DNA of 64,000 nucleotides from Orbicella franksi (Eukaryota): NCBI GenBank assembly GCA_964199315.1, contig OZ116708.1, positions 3,906,001 to 3,970,000 of the forward strand, read 5' to 3'. Shown piece by piece: positions 1 to 8,817 of this stretch (position 1 is its first letter; each line of letters starts with the position of its first letter). The notes under the pieces were generated by a model. It saw only the letters and a program-made list of their open reading frames with translations, ran no database searches and was not told where the DNA came from. The position numbers and the translations under genes were made by a program.

Positions 1-1298
1 TACAATACTTACTGCTTTGTCTTTATGTCTTTGCTTCCCTTATCAATGAAATAAGAAAGGGTTGAATATTTTCTACTTAGCTTCTATCTACACGCCTAAA
101 AGTTGTGTGGATGAACCCACTTAGAATAGAGTGTCTTCGCGGGATTGGATAGGGTTAGCGTTGTATAGCATTAAACCTGTTTATCTAGAAATTCAATGTT
201 AGTTTCACTTGAGGGAGGAAAACAGTCTTCAGAGTTCAACTAACTCCTGCCCACCATGATTCAGCTATTTGTAACGGAGGAAACGGTATAATCATGGTCG
301 GTGGTTTTTATTTGAAGGGGCACATTCTATTGCAAAGTTAAGTTTGAGTTGAGCAATGGGAGCTGTAGTTTTGTCGCTCATGGAATATTACCATTCAAGC
401 AGACACATCACGAGAAAACAAATTCAATTACATGACGTGTTGGGACACGCAAAAGGAACTTCTAGACATCTGATTGGTTGTTGATTTACATCACGTGGGT
501 TTTTTTTTTTAACCTTATCAATTTTCGTTTCTTCGAATCATCGAATCAGTATCTGCAGACTGTTGGTCGTTCGACTTTAAAGAGAAGGTAAGATTCTTTT
601 TGCTCGTGGTTTTTTTGATTTATGATCTCGAGGCGATCAAAATCGATTGTCCTCAGTGAAGACGTGAAGAGTCTCTTTCGAAATACAGTAGGCTTTTTTA
701 ATGTGGTGTAGTGTTGACGGGATTTTTAAGTACAGCGTTGATGTTTACACCGTTCCAAATAATACAGACCCGATACCTTGTTGTATATTGTTCATATTTA
801 CTGTAAGTAAATTAGACGAGCATGAACTACAAACGAAGAAGAAATCAGGCAGTCGACAGGCCTGTAATAGAGGCAATGAATTGAATTGTGATTTGTGCAA
901 ATCGATTGGGGGCATTCGTCCTGATAATCCACTTCCTTGAAGACTTTTTGCCATGCGTCACCGGCCATGCGAGGATATTGGAGAAAACATGTCTTTCCAA
1001 GAAAACGTTCGATGAAAGCGTGTTGATGAGGTTTTCCAACGTAGACTACGACTTCCGCTTTTAACAAGTATGACTTTCTTTTAATGTCCTTGTTGCTCTT
1101 ATCAGTTAAGTAGGAAAGGTATTTATTTTTATGTCTTTACTTGCTTGGGTGCTGTAAAAATATTCGCCACTGGAGCGTGGGCGAAGATGTGAAAGTGAAA
1201 GGGGGAAAAGCCCCTGCTGACCTTTCATATTCAGATGTGACAACAGAAGACAGTTAATACTTGATCACCAGTGCTAAGACAAAACTCACATGTCGCAT
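1..1298. repeat. Tandem/segmental duplication, copy 1 (5' end cut off by the window edge)
   Basis: Position 1 (tacaatacttactgctttgtctttatgtc...) recurs at 1758 and stays colinear with scattered substitutions and small indels up to ...aactcacatgtcgcat (~1298 vs ~3075). Confidence 0.95.
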
Positions 1299-1757
1299 AA
1301 ATGGGTGGGCTCGAGAGAAACCGCTACAGTTAGTATTTAGGTAAATCCTATCAAAAGCCCAAAACATAGATAATCTTTTGTCAACGTTCAACGCTAAAGA
1401 TAGGAAAAAGGACTTCATGGAAAGAAATCTTGTGTTTTAATTTCCAGTGTTATGTGCTTTTTGAGGTGGCTTTAAAAAACTATTCTTGAAAGAAAAAAAA
1501 ACAAGCGAATCAGCCCAAATAGACACCATTTTTGTACATTGTATATGTTGCTTGTCTTGTACAGAAAATATAAAGGAAATCTGTTTTCTATCGAAACTTC
1601 AGTGAGTGGTTCTTACGCGGACGCGCTCTTAAAACCTTTGTTTAAATGTTCTACTGGTGTTACATTTCCTGAGACCAACACAATATCAACACGTCTTTCC
1701 AGGAATAAGCAGTGGCATGTTGATAAAGTTATACTATAACGATTACAGTTTTTCTCT

Positions 1758-3075
1758 TACAATACTTACTGCTTTGTCTTTATGTCTTTGCTTCCCTTAT
1801 CAATGAAATAAGAAAGGGTTGAATATATTTTCTACTTAGCTTCTATCTACACGCCTAAAAGTTGTGTGGATGAACCCGCTTAGAATAGAGTGTCTTCGCG
1901 GGATTGGATAGGGTTAGCGTTGTATAGCATTAAACCTGTTTATCTAGAAATTCAATGTCAGTTTCACTTGAGGGAGGAAAACAGTCTTCAGAGTTCAACT
2001 AACCCCTGCCCACCATGATTCAGCTATTTGTAACGGAGGAAACGGTATAATCATGGTCGGTGGTTTTTATTTGAAGGGACACATTCTATTGCAAAGTTAA
2101 GTTTGAGTTGAGCAATGGGAGCTGTAGTTTTGTCGTTCATGGAACATTACCATTCAAGCAGACACATCACGAGAAAACAAATTCAATTACATGACGTGTT
2201 GGGACACGCAAAAGGAACTTCTAGACATCTGATTGGTTGTTGATTTACATCACGTGGGTTTTTTTTTAACCTTATCAATTTTCGTTTCTTCGAATCATCG
2301 AATCAGTATCTGCAGACTCACTGTTGGTCGTTCGACTTTAAAGAGAAGGTAAGATTCTTTTTGCTCGTGGTGTTTTGATTTATGATCTCGAGGCGATCAA
2401 AATCGATTGTCCTCAGTGAAGACGTGAAGAGTCTCTTTCGAAATACAGTAGGCTTTTTTAATGTGGTGTAGTGTTGACGTGATTTTTAAGTACAGCGTTG
2501 ATGTTTACACCGTTCCAAACTGAATAATACGGACCCGATACCTTGTTGTGTATTGTTCATATTTACAGTCAGTAAATTAGATGAGCATGAACTACAAACC
2601 AAGAAGAAATCAGGCAGTCGACAGGCCTGTACTGGAAGCAGTGAATTGAATTGTAAATTGTGAAAATCGATTGTGGGCATTCGTCCTGATAACCACTTCC
2701 CAGAAGGCTTTTTACCATGCTTTGCCGGCCAGGCGGGGATATTGGAGAAAACATGTCTTTCCAAGAAAACGTTCGATGAAAGCGTGTTGAAAAGGTTTTC
2801 CAACGTAGACTACGACTTCCGCTTTTAACAAGTATGACTTTCTTTTAATGTCTTTGTTGCTCTTATCAGTTAAGTAGGAAAGGTATTTATTTTTATGTCT
2901 TTACTTGCTTGGGTGCTGTAAAAATATTCGCCACTGAAGCGGCGACGAAGATGTGAAAGTGAAAAGGGGAAAACCCTCTTGCTGACCTTTCCTATTCAGA
3001 TGTGATAACAGAAGACAGTTGACACTCGAAATAAATTAACATGATCACTATTAAAACAAAACTCACATGTCGCAT
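1758..3075. repeat. Tandem/segmental duplication, copy 2
   Basis: Colinear, highly similar copy of 1-1298 with an offset of ~1757-1777 bp. Confidence 0.95.
2190..2354 (+). promoter_or_regulatory. Putative promoter and non-coding first exon ending in a splice donor (duplicate at ~430-593)
   Basis: TGACGTG, CTGATTGGTT (inverted CCAAT) and CACGTG motifs are followed by GAGAAG|GTAAGA (donor GT at 2349; copy at 588). A matching acceptor lies at 3639, just upstream of the 3669 ATG. Confidence 0.35.
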
Positions 3076-3668
3076 CAATGTATTTCCAGCAACTGTGTGG
3101 TGAATCTCATTTACCTAAAACGATAATATCGATCGAGACTGAAAAGCGTTATTCTCTCGCGCTTCTGGTGAAATTTTATGCCAAAGTGAAGGGGAAAATC
3201 AACCGAGCGAGACGTACGCTCGTGGGAGAGCGTGGAGCGCGAATGGCGGAAAGCCCACGACTCCTTTTATCTCTAGCGCCTTTCACGCCGGTTTTCAGGG
3301 TCGTAGTAAAATTATGAGAACGCTTTGTTCACTCTTGTTCGCCCTGAGATCGGCTAGACACATGGCCGGAGCTTTTTGCCTAAAATAGTTAAGAAAAACA
3401 AACCTGGCGATCGAATAATAAAATAATCACTCAACTCGGTTATCCCAAAACATTCTGATTTGTCAGTGTCTTGTAGATCAAATATTTGCCTCAGTCTTCT
3501 GCGGCGGCAAATAATTGAACTGCTCTGGCAATCACGACATTTCTGCTCAATGTCGTCCGATAATTGTCAAATATTTTTTTTCAAAAAGGGGATCTGTAAG
3601 TAATGCTTGTTTTTTCTTCTCTTCCTCTTTGTCCTCTAGTTTGCAAAAACACAAAGAAACAGTGAAAA

Positions 3669-5114
3669 ATGGGAAACGTTCCAGTTGTCCATGAAGTGGG
3701 AACCAGTTTTTTATCACTTGGTGATGCCATTACTGGGCACCCAGAGAAAGCTCGAGAAAGATGGCAGACATACGCGCAAGAAAGTTTTGTTGGATCTTAT
3801 GTTGCCGGTGTTGCAGAAGTATGCAAAGGTAATCCGGATAAAGCAGAAGAGTACTTGAAAGGTATGGGTCGCGCAACTGGTAAGATGGTGCTTGGGGGAG
3901 GGCTCCTGCGTGACGTTCCCGTTTTTCATGAGCTTGCTGTTTGTGGAGAGTCCCTGGGAGATGTGATAGGTGGAGGAGACACCAAATCTGCAGAAAAAAG
4001 GTGGGAGACCTATGCAGAAAGCAGTTTAATTGGTGGCGGGATAGCAGCACTTGGAGCAAAAATTGCTGGCGACGATGAGGAAGCTAAAAAGTTTGCAAAA
4101 GGTTGTGGTAAGGCTGCACTCAGGTTTGGTGTTTCAGCTGCCGGGATAGCAGCCACTGCAGCCACTGGGGGGCTAGCAGCTCCCTATGGTGTCGCCGCTT
4201 CTGTTGCTACTGGGACGACAGTTGGTGGAGCGACGGGGGCCGCCTCAACAGCTCTGGTGCAGGTTATAGATAAAGGGAAAGTAGACGATGCTGGTGCGAT
4301 TGTTGGTAGTGGTTTGTTTGGAGGTGTTGTTGGAGGAGTAAGCGATGGGATTGCTGCTAAGAGGGCTGCCTCAAAGGCTAAAGCGCAAGCCAACAGGCCC
4401 AAGAGAGCAAGAGCAAACTCAGAGTCTTTATCGACCTCCTCTGAAGCGGAGTTTTTCCCTCAACGTTCTTCCACAACAGAACGACGAAACAGCTTCTCAT
4501 TTGAAGGAGGGAAAGCAAAACGAAACAGCGAATTTTCAGATGTGTGGAGTCCAAAAGACGCCGGCAAGAAAGCAGACGTTAAAGCTGCTAATGAAGCCGC
4601 AAGAGTCGACATTCAAGAGTCACTTAAAAATTGCAGTAGAAAAAGTCGTCCAGCCAAAACATCCGTGACCCAAGATGCGAAAGGCAATGCATATGGTACC
4701 TCATCTGTGAGGGGACCTAAAAGAGCTAAACTGCAAGATACTTTAGGCAGCAAGCAAAGCAGAGTCTTAGACTCCATCCCAGAGGAAGTCCGTGGTGTCG
4801 GGCATGGCAACTGTGCTGAGCAGGTTGCTGTGAATAACACACGTTATTTTCGGCAAAAAACCGGTGATCAGCTGTTTGCAAAGAACAGTAAAATAAAAGT
4901 GCAGGCATATGCACAAATGAAAGGCGTTAAAGGGGTATACAATGTCCCAGTGAAACCTTGTGGCTCGTGCCAAGTGGTTCTCAATGAGGTTGGCATTTCA
5001 CATAGTGCCACACCAGCAATACCCGTGACGTGTGATGCCACGGCCCAAATGATTGCCGCTGGTTTGACTGTTGGCTGCAAAGCGTGTCAACATTGCCAGG
5101 AAAAGAAAAACTGA
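3669..5114 (+). CDS. 481-aa intronless protein: tandem N-terminal repeat, Gly/Ala-rich hydrophobic segment, C-terminal CAE-type (YwqJ-like) zinc-dependent deaminase domain
   Basis: Long open frame starting AAAATGG, with a polypyrimidine tract and AG acceptor at 3639 in the 5' UTR. Motifs HGNCAE (H379, C382, E384) and PCGSC (C431, C434) have CDA-fold spacing. The internal repeat VPVVHE...LGD...A..RW.TYA.ES..G occurs twice. CDS existence is well supported; the family call is motif-based. Confidence 0.85.
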   Translation: MGNVPVVHEVGTSFLSLGDAITGHPEKARERWQTYAQESFVGSYVAGVAEVCKGNPDKAEEYLKGMGRATGKMVLGGGLLRDVPVFHELAVCGESLGDVIGGGDTKSAEKRWETYAESSLIGGGIAALGAKIAGDDEEAKKFAKGCGKAALRFGVSAAGIAATAATGGLAAPYGVAASVATGTTVGGATGAASTALVQVIDKGKVDDAGAIVGSGLFGGVVGGVSDGIAAKRAASKAKAQANRPKRARANSESLSTSSEAEFFPQRSSTTERRNSFSFEGGKAKRNSEFSDVWSPKDAGKKADVKAANEAARVDIQESLKNCSRKSRPAKTSVTQDAKGNAYGTSSVRGPKRAKLQDTLGSKQSRVLDSIPEEVRGVGHGNCAEQVAVNNTRYFRQKTGDQLFAKNSKIKVQAYAQMKGVKGVYNVPVKPCGSCQVVLNEVGISHSATPAIPVTCDATAQMIAAGLTVGCKACQHCQEKKN

Positions 5115-5335
5115 CTCTCTTTGCAAAGCAACTGGAGAGTGAGTTAGGCATGATTGAATTTTTTCTAATTCGGTGTTTTTCTTTTAATTTTGACCGTAGA
5201 CAGGTGTGAAAGCAACAATTACTAAACAAAGCGATCTCATTGTTAAGAAGCAAAACAGAAATTTTGCAATGAAGCAATCAGAAAGGTGTACTGGTAGTGT
5301 GCAAGTACACTGAGGTATTAGTCATGGGTCATTAG

Positions 5336-5337
<2 letters not shown>

Positions 5338-5370
<33 letters not shown>
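5338..5370. repeat. (ATTG)n microsatellite
   Basis: About 8 perfect ATTG units. Confidence 0.95.
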
Positions 5371-6139
5371 CTGTGCACATGCACTCTGATTTGTCAATTT
5401 AAGCATTATTTTGACTATTATATTTCGCAGTTACTTAGATTCAGTGTCCTTTATATGATTAGAACACTTTCAAAACAACAGAGCAAGACCGGATAAAGTC
5501 GCAATAGGAACGTGATACGAGAAAGGTGAAAGGTGATACGACTGTAGTGTTAACTCAATCCAGATATAAACTTTCACCTGCATGGTCTTCCACGTTGCTC
5601 TGAAAAGCATGAACTTAGTAGGTTTAGTCAGTCAAATTTGATATTTGATTATTTCAGTGGAATACTGGAATCGTGCTGTACTGAAAAAATTCTACTAGTT
5701 TCGTAAGCATAATTAACTTCAACTCCTTCCATCAGTCTTTGATCAGTTATCAGTTCTGCCTCGATCCTTATTTTAGAGTCAAAAGCTTTCAGAGCTCTCT
5801 GAAACTGAAAATTTTAGCATTTTTAACGTTTTTATCCGTGCTCATGAAAGCCAGAGAGCATGATTTAGTTGAACATTGTTTGGCCGTACAGCGCGTAATT
5901 TCACTGCTCTAATAAACTTAAGACCACTACGTTTGGTAAAGTAATTTAGCCATTTTAATAAAAAACTTTCTAGTAAGGACATTGACTCGTTCTTTGGTAG
6001 TCCACTATTATACAGGTTTACCGTTTAGCATCAGAAATTTGGAACTAGAAAGAACCGCTCTTGACAGAAAAACAGCCACCGACTGAAAATGTATATCGCT
6101 GGCAAACCTTGTGGGTGCAGACTTTTCCTTCTCCTGACG

Positions 6140-6500
6140 ATACGAAATGCTCGGTAATCGAACTTAACCGAACCTAATCGAACGTAATCAAACGACTGGG
6201 TTTGATCAGGTCGGCAATCGAACACAATCGAACCAGAAACTGTGTGAGAGAGCTCGCTTGCGTTCGACTTCCGAACTAATCGAACCCAAGCTAGCGCAAT
6301 CAAACGCAATCGAACTTGAATCTGAAAGTCACCCCAAATGCCACCATATATTTGAACAGCCAGCCTCAAATCGTACTAAAGCGAGCCTTATCGAGTTAAT
6401 CGAACCCGATCGAACACAATCGATCGAGCGTTCGATTGCTCAAGTTTTTTTTTTGTGAGAGTTCGATTGTTGGATCACTGATCTCAATCGATGAGTTCGA
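6140..6500. repeat. Interspersed repeat rich in AATCGAAC/GTTCGATT motifs (probable non-autonomous element)
   Basis: More than 10 irregularly spaced aatcgaac/ttcgat motifs in both orientations, with no credible ORF. Confidence 0.6.
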
Positions 6501-7208
6501 AACGTCCGGACACAATGTATTCTCCCTGAGCAAGAAAAATAACCGCAGCAGGAACATATGGCCTCACTCGGGTTTAAATGAAATACATGTAACATAAAGA
6601 GGTTAGCCACACATATCACAAGGCATTATTATCAGAATGACCTCCCGGCCCAGAATTGCTTCCTTCAGCGGTGGCACGTTACTTTCCAGGCTTGCTTCTT
6701 ACGACAGCCGTGACAATCGACAGTGTCCCAGGAACTAAAGATCTAGATGGAATTGGTTTTGTAACCAAAACAACTATTCACTTACTATTTCCTCAGATGG
6801 TATTACGTTTTTGCGGCTCCCAGGGGCCCCACCCAAGGAGGGGGGAGACCATGACAAGAGGGAATCCCACGGCTGTTCTGGATGGTGCGAATGCAAATAG
6901 CTGCATGCTGTCCTTCGCAAACTTCACAATTTTTATTGAAGTCCTCTCACTCGTGTTGTACCTCGCTAGATGTCGGTACGTTCGCACAACCTCACCGGAG
7001 GCACACCTTATAACTATACTGTTGTGGACAATATGTTAAAACAATCAGGTATGATCAAGGAATCAATACAAAACATCTCTGTGAAAACAATAACCTTTTC
7101 TTCTTAATGGTGGCCGGGAATGGTGTACTGAACCCGTGAGAAGTATGAAACGCTCGTTGCTTGGCAACGGGCGAGGGGACAACTGCAAAGAAAATCAGAG
7201 TACTTTGT

Positions 7209-7250
7209 GGGAATCGAACCTAAGACCTCCGCGATACCAGTCGGACCACT
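7209..7250 (-). mobile_element. tRNA-derived SINE head fragment
   Basis: Minus strand reads ...ggtccgactggtatcgcggaggtcttagGTTCGATTCCc: a B-box with anticodon/T-arm-like sequence but no full cloverleaf. Confidence 0.45.
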
Positions 7251-7520
7251 GGCACTCTAAGTTGTCTATCTACAATCTTGGACAATTCAAATGAGAAATT
7301 AAGACCACCCCTTCCCCACCGCCCCCTCTCATTTCAAGAGTGGGAAAATGGCGCGTTTTGCTTTGCGCGCGAAATTCATCATGGATTTTGGGGGGAGGGA
7401 TGGGGGTTTAATTTCTATTTTTATTCCGTCTAAGATTGTAGATTCTATTAGCGTCCTACGGATCTTGTTAGTATGGGATACTTCGTATAAGATCCTAGAT
7501 TAACAACTAAGTTCTTGTCC

Positions 7521-7562
7521 CTCAGTGGTTAGAGCATCCGACCGGTGTTACAGAGGTCGTAG
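7521..7562 (+). mobile_element. tRNA-derived SINE head fragment
   Basis: ctcagTGGTTAGAGCatccgaccggtgttacagaggtcgtagg is an A-box-like tRNA 5' half, truncated before the B box. Confidence 0.45.
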
Positions 7563-8250
7563 GATTTCCTTTCAGCTGTCCTTTCGCCTGTTCCCAAACA
7601 ACTAGCATAGTAATCTTTTTAAGATAGAATAAAATCTCGATTACAACTTGTCAACCGAATATCATCGAACTTAATATTATGTCACTTGATCGAACCGAAT
7701 TCGTTTACGTCCTTAGCTCACGGGATTCTAAAGTATACACGGTCACACAACAGTCCGCAAGAGGCCCACTCCTTCACCCGGTGGTGTGCGAACAATCTCT
7801 TGATTATAGATTTAATCGCACAGTGATTTTGGGATTGGCGAAGTTGGCGGAGGGGGCGTTGTGGAGTAGGGAAATGCCACTTCCCTGACCCCTCGTGTCA
7901 CTAACACAAAGTGGTTAATAATAACTTCCTCAACGCAGTCTTGGGCCTAATAACAGAGACGCGCGACCATAACAAAACGACCCCAACAAGACAATGACAG
8001 TAATTGCTTTTAATAAGAAAATCATGCTTATTGCGTTTACTACAAAAATAATTCCGTCATTTTCAACACCATAGATATCACAAAAAATGCTGTCTGAAAA
8101 CAAGAAACATTTTACGATTTGTGTTCTGTAAGTTTGTGCCACCTCTTAAGTGCTTTTATAACAACTTTCCAAAGTTACTCCATGTGTCCGATGACAGTTA
8201 CAGTTTAAGCCAATTCTCAGCTGTCAAATAAACACCATCCAGACCCTTAA

Positions 8251-8558
8251 GCCCCCGGCGTCCACACTATGCCAGAGAAATTTGAAAACGCAGCAATCAT
8301 CGCTCATTTTGAATTCGTGCTCGAAGAAAACTCGGTCACTAAAATCACATCATCGTGATGTAATCGTTTCCGAATAGCTCCGTTTTCAAAATGTTTTTTC
8401 CCCCACGCTAAAACGCAAAACCGGCGTTTTCACATTCCTCCGGTTTGAAGAGCGATTTGGAAAAGCTCCGTTTGGTGACGGGTTAGTGTGGACGGTAGGC
8501 CTACCGTAGAAATAAAGCAACGTTTTGAAATTTCTTCTGCGTAGTGTGGACTGGGCCT
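8251..8558. mobile_element. MITE, PIF/Harbinger-like
   Basis: Inverted ends gcgtccacactatgccagagaaatttgaaaacg / cgttttgaaatttcttctgcgtagtgtggac, flanked by TAA/TCA. Related copies lie at ~28372-28682 and ~13921-14045. Confidence 0.8.
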
Positions 8559-8817
8559 CAGTCTACAAAGCTTTTATCCTTTCAAAAGCGGCCAATACGA
8601 AATTGAATATACGAATTTTGCTTAACGGATGTCTCTAAACTTTTTTAACTGAAAAAAAAAGCTATTTACAAAACTATTCAGACGAATGTTCATTCTTGGC
8701 ATGCTTACACTAGGCTTAAAAACAATAAATAATCCTACAAATAAATATGTTGTCTTCTGGTGCGTCGTGGTCTTGCCACCGCAGGGGCCGATCCAGGCAT
8801 TACGACCAGGTCCTGTA

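Noticed and set aside
798-1067. Short minus-strand ORFs in the duplicated block (also 2486-2803)
   Set aside because: Reading frames are not preserved between the two copies (frameshifting indels) and there is no recognisable motif.
3669-3690. N-myristoylation signal (MGNVPV) on the deaminase protein
   Set aside because: Gly2 is present but position 6 is Val rather than Ser/Thr and position 5 is Pro; too weak to claim.
6140-6500. Possible CRISPR-like array of AATCGAAC repeats
   Set aside because: The motif is only ~8 bp, spacing is irregular, both orientations occur, the context is eukaryotic and there are no cas genes.
6600-7060. ORF 6656-7039, and a minus-strand CEVCEGQHAAIC resembling a BEL/Pao gag knuckle
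   Set aside because: Spacing does not fit the knuckle consensus, surrounding frames contain many stops, and there is no LTR or pol evidence. It may be a very old retroelement but cannot be supported.
7209-7562. Possible tRNA genes
   Set aside because: Only partial A- or B-box halves are present and no complete cloverleaf, so they are treated as SINE fragments.
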